A DNA stretch of 64,000 nucleotides. Origin: Squalus acanthias (lineage: Eukaryota). Positions 12,397 through 25,863 of this stretch are shown one piece after another. The stretch spans positions 115,198,001 through 115,262,000 of the forward strand of contig CM059432.1 in assembly GCA_030390025.1 (NCBI GenBank), read 5' to 3'. The translations under genes were made by a program, and so were the position numbers. Below the pieces are notes generated by a model. The model was not told the DNA's origin. It saw only the letters and a program-made list of their open reading frames with translations, and ran no database searches. Each line of letters opens with the position of its first letter. Position 1 is the stretch's first letter.

Positions 12397-14695
12397 CATA
12401 GAAACATAGAAACATAGAAAATAGGTACAGGAGTAGACCATTCGGTCCTTCGAGCCTGCACCGCCATTCAATGCGTTCATGGCTGAACATGCTACCTCAG
12501 TACCCCATTCCTGCTTTTTCGCCATACCCCTTGATCCCCTTAGTTGTGAGTGTTATATCTAACTCCCTTTTGAATATATTTAGCGAACTGGCCTCAACAA
12601 CCTTCTGTGGAAGAGAATTCCATAGATTCACCACTCTCTGGGTGAAGAAGTTCCTCCTCAGCTCAGTCCTAAATGGCTTCCCCTTAATCCTTAGACTGTG
12701 ACCCCTGGTTCTAGTTTTCCCTACCATTGGGAACATTCTGCCCGCATCTAATTTGTCTAAACCATTCAGGATTTTAAATGTCTCTATAAGATCCCCCCTC
12801 ATTCTTCTGAACTCCAGAGGATACAAGTTCAGTTGACCCAATCTTTCTTGATATGTCAGTCCGGCCATCCCAGGAATCAATCTAGTGAACCTTCGCTGCA
12901 CTCCCTCAATAGCAAGAATGTCCTTCCTTAAGTTAGGAGACCAAAACTGCGCACAATACTCCAGGTGTGGCCTCACCAAGGCCCTGTACAACTGTAGCAT
13001 CACCTCCCTACTCCTGTACTCAAATCCCCTTGCTATGAAGGCCATCATTCCGTTTGCTTTCTTGACTGCCTGCTGCACTTGCATTCCCACCTTCAGTGAC
13101 TGATGTACCATGACGCCCAGGTCTCGTTGCACGTCCCCTTTCCCTAATCTGCCACCATTCAGGTAATAGTCCGCCTCTCTATTTTTACCACCAAAGTGGA
13201 TAACCTCACATTTATCCACATTGTACTTCATCTGCCATACATTTGCCCATTCACCCAACCTGTCCAAGTCACTCTGTAGCCTCCTAGCATCCCCCTCATT
13301 GTTCACACTGCCTCCCAATTTAGTGTCATCCGCAAATTTGGAGATATTACATTTAATCCCTTCGTCCAAATCATTAATATATAATGTAAACAGCTGGGGT
13401 CCCAGCACCGAACCCTGCGGTACCCCGCTGGTCACTGCCTGCCATTCTGAAAAGTACCCATTTACTCCTACTCTTTGTTTCCTGTGTGCCAACCAGTTCT
13501 CAATCCACGTCAACACATTACCCCCAATCCCATGTGCTTTAACTTTGCTCACCAATCTCTTGTGTGGGACCTTGTCGAAGGCCTTCTGAAAGTCCAAATA
13601 CACCACGTCTACTGGTTCCCCCCTGTCCACCCTACTGGAAACATCCTCAAAAAATTCCAGAAGATTTGTCAAGCATGATTTCCCTTTCACAAATCCATGC
13701 TGACTTGGACCTATCATGTCGCCACTTTCAAAATGGTCTGTTATGACATCTTTAATAATTGCTTCCATCATTTTACCCACGACCGATGTCAGGCTGATTC
13801 CCTGCTTTCTCCCTCCCTCCTTTTTTAAAAAGAGGGGTTACATTGGCCACCCTCCACTCCATCGGAACTGATCCAGAGTCTAAGGAATGTTGGAAAATGA
13901 TCGTCAATGCATCCACTATTTCCAAGGCCACCTCCTTAAGTACTCTGGGATGCAGACCATCAGGCCCCGGGGATTTTTCAGCCTTCAGTCCCATCAATTT
14001 CCCCAATACCTTTTCCCGACTAATAAGGATTTCCCTCAGCTCCTCCCTCTTACCAGATCCTCTGACCCCTTTTATTTCGGGCAGGTTGTGTGTGTCCTCC
14101 ACAGTAAACACCGAACCAAAGTACTTGTTCAATTGATCTGCCATTTCCTTGTTCCCCATTACGACTTCCCCTGTTTCCGACTGCAGGGGACCTACGTTTG
14201 TTTTTACTAACCTCTTTCTTTTTACATATTTATAGAAGCTTTTGCAGTCCATTTTAATGTTCTCTGCAAGCTTCCTTTCATATTTTATTTTCCCTGCCCT
14301 AATCAAACCCTTCGTCCTCCTCTGCTGAGTTTTGAAGTTCTCCCAGTCCCCGGGTTTGCTGCTACTTCTGGCCAATTTGTATGCAACTTCCTTGGTTTTA
14401 ATACTATCCCTGATTTCCCTTGTTAGCCATGGTTGAGCCACCTTCCCTTTTTTATTTTTATGCCAGACCGGGATGTACAATTGTTGTAGTTCATCCATGC
14501 GATCTCTAAATGTCTGCCATTGCCCTTCCACTGATAGCCCCTTAAATATCGCTTGCCAATTTAACCTCGCCAATTCACGCCTCATACCCTCAAAGTTGCC
14601 CTTATTTAAGTTCTGGACCATGGTCTCTGACTTAACTGTTTCCTTCTCCATCCTAATGTAGAACTCCACCATACTATGGTCACTCTTCCCCATGA
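12397..14695 (-). mobile_element. Young CR1 LINE, 5'-truncated ORF2 (linker plus RT)
   Basis: ORFs 13773..14693 and 12497..13780 ([27 protein letters not shown]), split by a ~11-bp deletion in the NYRPVS motif near 13797; (CATAGAAA)n tail. Confidence 0.97.
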
Positions 14696-15049
14696 CATAA
14701 AGAAAGAAGTAAAGGAGGAAAGAAAGAGCTTGCTTTTATATCGCTCCTTTCAGACACTCAGCCCACCTCAAAGTGCTTCACAGCCAATGAAGTACTCTTG
14801 AAGTGTAGTCATGGTTGTAAAATTGGGCCGTTGCTAACGTCACAGCGGCCCTCAGGTAAGTGGGCCCAGGAGCCAGGTCAGGGATGAGGAGGCAGGTTCG
14901 CGGGTGACCAGGAATCTGTGATCGGGGTTGGGAGGTCTGGACTGTGATCGGGTCCTTTAATTTGGGGTCGGGAGGTGCACACCTGCTCCTCCTGGCTCCA
15001 CATTCAGGTAAGGGAATAGATTGTGTTCCAGTTGACAGTTTGTTTCAAT

Positions 15050-15190
15050 TACTTGCTTAAATCCTATTATATCTCTGGCTTTTTTCAGTTCTGACGAAAG
15101 GTCATCGACCTGAAACGTTAACCCTGTTTCTCTCTCCACAGATGCTGCCTGACCTGCTGAGTGTTTCCAGCATTTTATGTTTTTGTTTCA
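15050..15190 (+). mobile_element. Solo Penelope-like pLTR fragment
   Basis: Matches the arms of the foldbacks at 16853 and 43937 and contains a hammerhead motif. Confidence 0.85.
15087..15123 (+). ncRNA. Minimal type I hammerhead ribozyme motif
   Basis: GTT-CTGACGA-A-AGGTC-ATC-GACCT-GAAA-CGTT-AAC: conserved core, stem II, palindromic mini stem III, short stem I. Confidence 0.75.
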
Positions 15191-15195
15191 ATTAA

Positions 15196-15650
15196 ATAGG
15201 TTAGGGAGGTCCAGGAGTCACAATTTTAAGTTGTATAAGGCCAGATCTAGGTTAGATGTCAGGAGATGATTCCTTCCCCAGAGAATAGTGGCCCTCTGGA
15301 ACAGGCTGTCGTCTCGTGCGGTGGATGCTGAGTCGCTGAATTCCCTCAAGCGAGAGCTGGACCTGTTTCTGGCTGTGACAGAGATCACCTCGTACAGAAG
15401 GTAGGTATTGCAGGGAATTCAGGGCCAGAGTGATCTCCTGGACTAGTTTTGATCACTTAGATGGGTTGGCGAAGAATTTCACAGATTTTTCCCCCCCGAA
15501 ATTGGCTTGTTTTTTTTGCCTCTCCCAGGAGATCACATGGTTTGGAGTGGAGTGGAGTGTATATATTGTGATTCACAAGGTATCACAATTGGTTGGGACA
15601 GGCTGGATGGACCAGAGTGTCTTTACCTGTTCGTCATTGTTCGCTGTACA
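15196..15650 (+). mobile_element. CR1 LINE 3' end, different subfamily
   Basis: Encodes RSHNFKLYKARSRLDVRR..FPQRIVALWNRL..., followed by a 3' UTR. Confidence 0.75.
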
Positions 15651-16344
15651 TAATGTAAATGTGGCAGGCAATGTGTGTACAGAAAGGTCCCACAAAAGAT
15701 AATTCGATAAATGACCAGGTAATGGCATAGAAATTCAGGAGAGCTCATTTTTGAGCAGTTGGGAGGTGAAGGGTAAGTACAATGTGCCATAATAGTGTAG
15801 TCCGAGGCTCCAGAGATATCGGGCCTCGGACCTCTGCAATAAAGCTGACGTGGTGCAATAGCCCACTGGTGAAAACTGGAGGAAGTGTGAATAAAAATCG
15901 GGCCGCTGCGGCCTTAGGTAAGTGGGCCTGGGGGTCAGGTCAGGGATGAGGAGGCGGGGTGGCCAGGAGTCTATGATCGGGGTCGGGAAGCCTGGACTCT
16001 GTGATCAGGTCCTTTAATTTGGGGTCGGGAGGTGCACTCCTGCTCCTCCTGGCTCCACATTCAGGTCAGTTACTTACCTTCTTGGGTGGCAGCCATTCAG
16101 AAGGCCTGGTGTCCGAGTGCAGCTCACGACGTCCCTGGCTGTCTCAGGACAAACCAGTGTTGGAGTGGGGACCTCAAGCAGGCGTTAGGCCCCTTATTTG
16201 CATATGCAAAGGTTCTAATGCCTGTTTCAGGCGTGGATAAAGGACGCCTCTTGTTTGTTCTGGACAGAAGTGTGTGAGCGCTCCCTGCCCGCCATTTAGG
16301 GGCCTTAGTAGGCCGTTTGTCAGGCACTACGTGGTTCAATTACT

Positions 16345-16625
16345 AGGCCAATCTGTTTTAGTGTGTTGGCAGAGGGATAAATATTGATCAGGACACCGGG
16401 AGAACTCCCCTGCTCTTCTTTGAATGGTACCATGGGATCTTTTATGACCATCTGACAGGGGAGAGGGGACCCCAGTTTAATTTTTCTTATGAAAGACAGC
16501 ACCTTCAACAATGCAGCACTCCCCTAGTACTGTACTGAAGCGTCAGCGTGGTTTATCTTTTCAATTGTCTGGAGAGGGTCTTGAACCCACGACCTTCTGA
16601 CTCACAGGCAAGAATGCTGCCACTC
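16345..16625 (-). mobile_element. Degraded SacSINE1-like DeuSINE
   Basis: GAGGGATAAATATTG, CCATGGGATCTTT and CTTGAACCCACGACCTTCTGACTC are the reverse complement of 36621-36910. Confidence 0.8.
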
Positions 16626-16953
16626 TGTGCTTGAAGTATTATGTTCATCCTGCTCCTGTTGAAGACAATTTTACACACAAGCTTCTTGGCAGAAGTATAC
16701 CTCAAGTTGTATCCTTGGATCAAAATTGATTGAATGGGAATTGGGCAAAAAAAGGGAGAACTGATATCGGATATAGTCTTACAAAGTTGATGGCAGATCT
16801 CATCACAAATATTTCAACCAGGGTGAATATTTTCAATATACTCCAATCACTAATACGATAGCAAAATACTGCGGATGCTGGAAATCTGAAATAACAACAG
16901 AAAACGCTGGAAAAACTCAGCAGGCCAGGCAGCATCCGTGGAGAGAGAAAGAG

Positions 16954-16990
16954 AGTTAACGTTTCAGGTCGATGACCTTTCGTCAGAACT
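16954..16990 (-). ncRNA. Minimal type I hammerhead ribozyme motif, sense to RIMS2
   Basis: Minus strand reads AGTT-CTGACGA-AAGGTCATCGACCT-GAAACGTT-AACT. Confidence 0.8.
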
Positions 16991-17316
16991 GTGAAGAGCT
17001 GGAAATCAAATGGATTTAAGGCCAGAGTAAAGCTGGGAAAAGGGGGAGGGGATAAAAGAACAAAGGGGGAGAGGAAGAGACATTAAGAGACATTAAGAGA
17101 TATGCAAGGCTAGAGGTGGTGTTAATGTGACAGATTAAGGCTGAAAGAAGTGTGAAATCCACTGGCAGAATGAAGGACACATTAACACCACCTCTAGCCT
17201 TGCATATCTCTTAATGTCTCTTAATGTCTCTTCCTCTCCCCCTTTGTTCTTTTATCCCCTCCCCCTTTTCCCAGCTTTACTCTGGCCTTAAATCCATTTG
17301 ATTTCCGGCTCTTCAC

Positions 17317-17353
17317 AGTTCTGACGAAAGGTCATCGACCTGAAACGTTAACT
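17317..17353 (+). ncRNA. Minimal type I hammerhead ribozyme motif
   Basis: AGTT-CTGACGA-AAGGTCATCGACCT-GAAACGTT-AACT. Confidence 0.8.
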
Positions 17354-17939
17354 CTCTTTCTCTCTCCACGGATGCTGCCTGGCCTGCTGAGTTTTTCCAG
17401 CGTTTTCTGTTGTTACTCCAATCACTAGTTGGTTAAAACACTATTTTATAGAATCAGTGCATATATTGAAAATGCATTTGTGTTGTACAATTGTTTTCCT
17501 CTCAATCAATCAGTCCCAATCCTCTAAATCAATATGGAAATGATATACATAATAGCTGTCCCATTCAAGAAAAGATTATTATAAAATGTTTGGCATTTGG
17601 AGCTGCCACTTTATCCATTTTTAGATAGTTGCTGCAGCAAGACATAATTGAACCTAATTATAATGGTTTTGATGTCTCTATGCATTTTGTGTCAGCACAC
17701 TGGAAGGAAGTTACCTTGTGACAACACAGCAGCTGCCAGACATCACTAACACATTAGCAACCGGCACTGGAGTAACACGATCTGGTTCGATCAATGAGGA
17801 AGTCCCTATTCCCTTCACAAGGGCATCAAGGATGGAACACAGTATTGCCTTCTTCTGTGAAGGACAATGCAGACCATCTACTAATCTTAAGGTCAAGCAC
17901 ATTAAATGTACATAATGAACATCGTGTCACCTCCCTCAA

Positions 17940-18490
17940 CTGGATGAAGGCGTTGGGGCAACTATCCGCAAGTTTGCAGATGATACAAAGCGTTAGAACC
18001 TTGGATGAGAAAAAATGACTACGATCTAGATGCAATTGAAGAATGAGCCCGTGTCTGGCAGATCTCATCTAATATAGATAAATGTAGTGTTATATATGTG
18101 GGTAGGGCGAATGCTAAGCAGGGTTCTGAACTGAAGTCTGAGCGGGAACGTGAGAAGAGAGCTAGGTAATATTGTGCAAGGGTCTCTAAAGGTTCACGAC
18201 CAGTGTCACGGGGCTACAGCAAAAGCAAAGAGAGTATTAGGATGTATGGTTAGAACAGTCTAATACAAAACAAAAAATACTGTACTATCCTTGTACAAGA
18301 CCTTGGTTAGGCCTAGAATACTATGTCCAGTTTTGGACCCCTTACATGGTGCATGATATAGAGGCCCTAGAAAAGGTTTACAGGAGGGCCACGAGATTTA
18401 TGCTTAGCTTAAAAGCTCTTACGTTACCACAATAGGCTTTTTACTCCAGAAAAGGATAGACCTCAGGGAGATCTGATAGACATATGACAG
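17940..18490 (+). mobile_element. Old CR1 RT fragment
   Basis: KFADDTK, LYKTLVR.. and RLQGDLI remnants with frameshifts. Confidence 0.8.
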
Positions 18491-18579
18491 CATGCCTCTT
18501 TGTGTATGATTCAGTTTCTTTTACAACATTCACTTAAATAAGTGACTTGCATTTACTCCTAACTGGTATTTTTGGATAT

Positions 18580-18990
18580 AAACATACAAAAGTGCCAGAT
18601 AGGAAAAGAGCAGCTAGTCTATCGAGCCTGTTCCAGAGCATTATGGGGCAACTGAGCTTCTTGAACCCCAATACCCCTCACTCACCTGCAGCCACATAAT
18701 CTCCTGGCGCATCACCCAATACTCCGCCTACCTTTTGTATGGCTGTGATATCAGCCACAGCCAGGAACTTGTGCAGCTCCCTATTGAATGCTTGTAGTGA
18801 ATTCACACTTACTGCGCGAGCCAGAAACTTGTTCCTAAGGTCGATGGCCCTCTGCCAGAATAAAAATCTCCTGATATCTAAACCTAGTTCTACGCTTTTG
18901 TAACATGTCCCCTGGTTCTCCCTAACCTATCTACTTCAAATAGTCTATCTACATGAACAGTCTAGTTCCTTCATTATTTTGAAATAGGTG
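18580..18990 (-). mobile_element. Old CR1 3' end
   Basis: Reverse-complement similarity to the 15196-15650 subfamily end. Confidence 0.65.
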
Positions 18991-20224
18991 GGTGGGGCCA
19001 TTGGGGGATCAGTTGCCCCAGGACTGTACGGGACAAGCTCGATGGACCTGTCCATCATTTTCATATGTTTGTAGAAGCTGAATTATTGATATTTAATAGC
19101 ACAACACTATGTGAACTATACAGCAGATGTTTGGCACAGGTTGTCTGTTGGCAACCAAGGACATTTTTAACATTCTAATGTGAACCTTTCTCTGCCAACA
19201 GGCAAGCATGAACATAAGCCTACCATTTCAATCCCTCACTGTTTGATCAATCACTCACTCTTTCTTTGTTATGAACCATCAGTTAGTGTGCGTTATCAAA
19301 ACTTGACTAATTCACAGAACATCAAACACTAAACCAGTAACATCAGGTGTGAAGCGAACGATCCTTAGCAGCTCACAGCAGTACGGGCAGGTCTCAGATG
19401 TTAAATATTTTCTATGTCTTTGTTAAATGCAAGTGCAAATTGGTACTTGATAAACAAAATGGCACCCACCATATAAGATAGTGTTTTGACTAAAATTAGT
19501 ATTAGGACTACTGAAAATGTAAAGAAAAGCAAAAGAATGCAATGTCTTTGGGGTGATTTCATGCTCCAGGGCTCCCAGTGGGAGTGGCGTTCGCAAGGAG
19601 CACATTTCAGGAAGTTACTAGTGCGCAGCCCATGATCTTCCATCTATTAAGTTTAATGGACAAAAAAATCAGGAGCTGCATAGTTGCGATTCCCCCAAAT
19701 GTGCTCCCTGCGAAGAGAACTCCCCGCTGAGAGAGCTGGATTGCAGAATCACCCCGTACATATAAACTCCAGGCAGGATTTTTCTTTCCTTCAAGTGTTG
19801 TGTTGCTCCAATGCTCATCGTGTACTATTTTCAGCATCAATTAAATATTCATGGTGACATCGCTATGTATTTCAGGCACACATTTGTGTCAGCACACTAA
19901 AAGTTAGCTTACACAGCACAGTAAACATAAGGGATAGAACGGTTGTGCTTATTATGCGCAAAGACATCATAATTCCATAAAAATGTGCTTATGATGTCAC
20001 GACATATAGGATAAAAGTTCTTCAGGTAAAAAGAGTAACAACATGAAGGTCATTGGGAATTTGTTGGGTTGGATGTATGGCGGTAATGAGCATTTTCTGT
20101 GTTGAGGTTGAATATTATGCATCGCAGTGGTGTGGCAAGGGAGGACCTAAATATTTAGCACAATGATCTTGTGGTGCATTCATTCTGCCTTCACCTTCTG
20201 CCTATTGGGCCCACAAAACATGTT

Positions 20225-23200
20225 TACATAGGATATATGGCACAGAAACAAGCCATTTAGCCCAACCAGTCCATGTCAGCGTTTATGCTCCACTCGAGCC
20301 TCCTCCCATCTTTCCTCATCTAAATCTATCAGCATAATCCTCTATTCCCTTCTCCCTCATATGCTTGTCTAGCCTCCCCTTAAATGCATCTATACTATTC
20401 GCCTCAACCACTCCCTGTGGTAGCGAGTTCCACATTCTCACCATTCTCTGGGTAAAGAAATTTATTTTAATTCCCTATTGAATTTCTTGGTGACTACCAT
20501 ATATTGATGGCCTCTAGTTATGCTCTTCCCCACAAGTGGAAACATTCTCTCTGTATCTACTCTATCAAAACCTTTCATAATTTAAAGACCTCTATTAGGT
20601 CACCCCTCAGCCTTCTTTTTTCAAGAGAGAAGAGACCCAGCCTGTTCATCCTTTCCTGATATGTATACCTTCGCATTTCTGGTATCATCCTTGTAAATCT
20701 TCTCTGCACCCTCTCCAGTGCCTCCATATCCTTTTTATAATATGGTGACCAGAACTGTACGCAGTACTCTAAGTATGGTCTAACCAAGGTTCGATACAGG
20801 TTTAGCATAACTTCCCTACTTTTCAATTCTATCCCTCTAGAAATAAACCCTAGTGCTTGGTTTGCTTTTTTTATGGCCTTGCTAACCTGTGGCGCAACTT
20901 TTAGTGATTTGTGTATTTGTACTCCGAGATCCCTTTGTTCCTAGACTCGCACCCTCCAAGTGATCTTAGAATCATAGAAAGTTACAGCACGGAAGGAGGC
21001 CATTTCGACCCATCGTGTCTGCGCCGGCCAACAAAGAGCTATCCAGCCTAATCCCACTTCCCAGCTCTTGGCCCGTAGCCCTGCAGGTTACAGCATCCCA
21101 AGTGCACATCCAAGTACTTTTTAAATGTGGTTAGAGTTTCTGCCTCTACCACCCTTTCAGACAGTGAGTTCCAGACTCCCACAACCCTCTGGGTGAAGAA
21201 ATTTCCCCTCAAATCCCCTCTAAACCTTCCACCAATTACTTTAAATCTGTGCCCCCTGGTTTTTGACCCCTCTGCTAAAGGAAATGGGTCCTCCCTATCT
21301 AGGTCCCTCATAATTTTATACACCTCAATAAGGTCTCCCCTCAGCCTCCTCTGTTCCAAGGAAAACAAACCCGGCCTATCCAGTCTTTCCTCATAGCAAA
21401 GATTCTCTACTCCCGGCAACATCCTTGTAAATCTCCTCTGTACCCTCTCTAGTGCAATCACATCTTTCCTGTAATGTGGTGACCAGAACTGCACACAGTA
21501 CTCTAGCTGAGGCCTAACTAGTGTTTTATACAGTTGAAGCATAATCCCTCTGCTCTTGTATTCTATGCCATGGCTAATAAAGGCAAGCATTCCGTATGCC
21601 TTCTTAACTACCTTATCTACCTGGCCTGCTACCTTCAGGGATCTGTGGACATGCACTTCAAGGTCCCTTTGTTCCTCTACACTACTCAGTGCCCTACCAT
21701 TTAATGTGTATTCCCTTTCCTTGTTAGCCCTCCCCAAATGCATTACCTCACACTTCTCTGGATTGAATTCCATTTCCCACTGTTCTGCCCACCAGACCAA
21801 TTTATTGATATCTTCCTGCAGTCTACAGCTTCCTTCTTCAGTATCAACCACACAGCCGATTTTAGTATCATCTGCAAACTTCTTAATCATACCCCCTATA
21901 TTCAAGTCTAGATCATTGCTATATACCACAAAAAGCAAGGGACCTAGCACTGAGCCCTGTGGAGCCCCACTGGAAACAGCCTTCCAGTCACAAAAACACC
22001 CATCAACCATTACCCTCTGCTTCCTGCCTCCGAGCCAGTTTTGAATCCAACCTGACACTTTGCCCTGGATCCCATGGGCTTTTAACTTCGTGATCAGTCT
22101 GCCATGTGGAACCTTATCAAAGCCTTGCTAAAGTCTATATACACTACATCAAACGCACTACCCTCATCTACCCTCCTTGTTACCTCCTCAAAAAATTCAA
22201 TCAAGTTTGTCAGACACGACCTTTCCTTAACAAATCCATGCTGACTATCCTTGATTAATCCGTGTCTTTCTAAATGAAGATTTATCTTGTCCTTCAGAAT
22301 TCTTTCCAATAATTTTCCCACCACCAAGGTTAGGCTGACTGGCCTGTAATTACTCGGTCTATCCTTTTCTCCCTTTTTAAACAAGGGTACCATATTAGCA
22401 GTCCTCCAGTACCACACCTGAAGCCAGAGAGGATTGGAAAATGATGGTCAGGGCCTCTGCTATTTCCTCTTTTGCTTCGTTTAATAGCTTGGGATACATT
22501 TCATCCAGGCCTGGGGATTTATCCACTTTTAAAACTGCTAAACCCCTTAATACTTCCTCTCTTACTATGTTTATTTCATCTAATATTTCACACTCCTCCT
22601 CCCTGCTTTGCCCCTCTCCTTTGTGAAAACAGAGGCAAAGTATTCATTAAGAACCCCACCGACGTCTCCCGCCTCCACACACAGATTACCCTCATGATCT
22701 CTAATAGGCCCTACCCTTTCTTTAGTTATCCTCTGAATATATTTATAAAACATCTTTGGATTTTCCTTGCCAAGAATTTTTCATGCTCTCTCTTTGATTT
22801 CCTAATATCCTTTTTAATTGCACCCCTGCACTTTCTGTACTCCTCTAAAGATTCTGGAGTATTTAGCCCTCGGTATCTGTCATACGCCTCCCTTTTTTTC
22901 CATTATCCTACCCTGTATGTCCCTAGACATCCAGGGGGCTCTAGATTTGTTAGTCCCACCTTTTTTCTTTAAGGGCACATATTTGGTCTGAACCCTCCGG
23001 ATCTCCTCCTTGAATGCCTCCCACTGCTCTGACCTTCAAGTAGCTGTTTCCAGTCCACTATGGCTAAATCCCCTCTGAGCTTAGCAAAATTTGCTTTTCC
23101 CCAATTTAGAATTTTTATTCCTGGTCTATCCTTGTCCTTTTCCATAACTACCTTAAATCTAACTGAATTATGGTCACTAGCACCAAAATGCTCCCTCACT

Positions 23201-25030
23201 GATGCACCTTCTACCTGCCCAGCTTCATTTCCTAAAACTAAGTCCAGAACCACCCCCTCCCTTGTTGGGCTTGCTACATACTGGCTAAGAAAGTTCTCCT
23301 GGATGCATTTTAGGAATTCCGCACCCTCTATACCCTTCACACTAATTTTATCCCAGTTAATATTGGGGTAGTTGAAATCCCCTACTATTACTGCCCTATA
23401 GTTTTTGCACTTCTCAGAAATTTGTCTACATATTTGCTCTTCTATCTCCCTCTCACTGTTTGGGGGTCTGTAGTACACTCCCAGCAGTGTGATCGCCCCT
23501 TTTTTGTTTTTCAATTCGACCCATATGGCCTCGTTTGATTATCCCTCCAACATATCATCCCTCCTCACAGCTGTAATAGTTTCTTTAATCAATACCGCGA
23601 TCCCCCCCCCCTCCCTTTTTACCTCCCTCTCTATTCCGTCTGAGAATCCTGTAACCAGGAATGTTGAGCTGCCATACCAGCCCCTCTTTCAGCCACGTCT
23701 CTGTAATAGCTATAATATCATAGTCCCCAGTATCTACCTGTGCACTCAGCTCATCTGCCTTGTTCGCTATACTCCATGATAAGTGACCTCCCTATTCTTC
23801 CTACCAAAATGTAATACCTCACATTTATCTGTGTTGAACTTCATTTGCCCATTCTGCAAGTTTATTAATGTCCTCCTGTAATTTGTTGCAGTCCTCCTCA
23901 GTATTGACTATCCCCCCCAATTTGTTATCATCTGCAAATTTAGAAATTGTGTTTTTGATTCCAAAGTCTAAATCGTTAATATAAATTGTGAACAGCAGTG
24001 GTCCCAGCACTGATCCTTGTGGAACACCACTACCCACCTTCTGCCACTGTGAATAGCTACCCTTTACTCCTACTCTCTGCATTCTGCGCTGAAGCCAGCT
24101 AGTTATCCATTCTGCTACTTGTCCCGACTCCACATTCTCTGACCTTATTCATTATTCTATTATGGAGTACCTTATCGAAGGCCTTTTGAAAATCCAGATA
24201 AATTACATCTACTGCATTACCATTGTCTATTCTCTCTGTTACCTCTTCAAAAAATTCAATAAGGTTGGTCAAGCAAGATTTTCCCTTTTGAAATCCATGC
24301 TGACTATTCATTATTAGACTTTGCATATCTAGATGTTCTTCTATTTTCTCCTTCAGTAGGGATTCCATTATTTTTCCTACCACCGATGTTAAGCTAACTG
24401 GTCTATAATTCCCTGGACATGTTCTATCCCCCTTCTTAAATATAGGTATTACGTTAGCTATCCACCAGTCCTCTGGCACTACACCTTTTTCTAATGAATT
24501 ATTAAATATGTGTAGTAACGCCTCTGCCATCTCTTCCCTAGATTTTAAATAAAATGCGCAGATGCAATCCATACGGACCAGGGGTTTTATCCTCTTGGAG
24601 TTTGATTAGTTTATTTAATATATCCCCTCTTTTTATTTTAAATGCATTTATCTCATTACTCATCTCATCATCAAATGTAATGTCCACCTGTTCTATCTCC
24701 CTGGTAAATACCGAAGCAAAATAATGATTTAATATTGCTGCCATCTCCCTATCGTTACCTGTGGTGTTGTCCTGTCTATCCCTTAATGGCCCTATTCCCA
24801 TCCCAACCTTCCTTTTTTTTTTAAATTGATGTGCCTGTAAAATATTTTACTATTTTGTTTTATGTTCCTTGATAATTTAATTTCATAGTTCCTCTTTGCC
24901 TTCCTAATTTTTTTTTTTTTTACTTCTCTCCTAATCCCTTCGTATTCTCTCTTATCATGCACTCCTCTGCTGTCTATGTACTTAATGTATGCCTCTTTCC
25001 TTACCCTCAATTGTTCCCTTACGTCTTTAT
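20225..25030 (-). mobile_element. CR1 LINE (outer), split by a second CR1
   Basis: 3' part 20225-20964 (ORF 20575..20826) continues at 23777-25030 (ORFs 23825..24133, 24099..24572, 24538..24801, 24792..25058). Confidence 0.93.
20965..23776 (-). mobile_element. CR1 LINE (inner) with APE endonuclease and RT remnants
   Basis: ORF 22969..23514 (GVYYRPP, VGDFNYP, LDLVL, SDHN) and RT ORFs 22094..22417 and 21048..22058; flanked by TGAT on both sides. Confidence 0.95.
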
Positions 25031-25863
25031 GCTTCACAGCAAATAGGAGAGTGTGCACACCTCAAAACTGTAAAAAAGGGAAATTTTAAAAGATGAGGCT
25101 ACCTAGTGAGGAACCTCACTTGACAAGAGTATGGATTGAAAAATCGGTTTTGGACAACAGCACATCCGATTTCGGATTTCCAGGTGATTAAAGTTAATGG
25201 GGGCGTTGCCTCACAAAATTTACCCTCATACGTTCAACTAAATGTACGGCAAAACATATTTTTTTGGCAGAAAGCAAATAGAAATTGCCCTTTTCGGTCT
25301 TGAAAGTCAAATTCATGGAACTGAATATCTGAAAGCTCTGGTCTGATTTATATTTCTGAACATTGACTATCTGAGCAGCTCTACCTTGTGTGGTGTACTT
25401 AACAATATGGTGCAGACTCTGCAACAATCATCGGTTTCTTTCATTAATATAATTTGTGCTTTCTGGGGACTCTGCTGTTGGTTTACTATTAAAAATTCCA
25501 GCGTCTTATCTGACTTTTCTCAGAAACTTTTCATGATCATTTATCAATTAATTCCAGTAAACGGCACATGGTTTAATCCTCCTGATTCTTGCCACTACTA
25601 CAAACCTACAATAAAAGTGGTCAATCTTTAACAAGCTTTCATACCCCCACCTCACCTGAGTACTGACCAAATTTTTTAAATAATTTTTATGTCTCTGAGT
25701 GAAGACTTGGCAGTTTTATGCAATGCATATTCACAAAGGTTAGGGAAAAATGAATAGCTGTACCAGTAGTTTACTGGAAGCATAAACTACTACTAAAACA
25801 AAACTTCTATTGTATGAAATAAGAAATGCCATCCTTATGAAAAAAAACTGCAATAAACTATAT

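Larger units (their letters stand above)
16853..17413. mobile_element. Penelope-like element insertion: inverted pLTR pair (foldback)
   Basis: 238-bp arms 16892-17129 / 17178-17415 with one mismatch seen, 48-bp loop; 14-bp TSD TACTCCAATCACTA at 16839-16852 and 17414-17427. Confidence 0.92.

Noticed and set aside
17715..17854. Minus-strand exon-like segment (ttcacAG ... AAG|GTAAC)
   Set aside because: At 140 nt it is not frame-preserving, has a stop in the RIMS2 phase, and shows no RIMS2 similarity. At most a poison exon.
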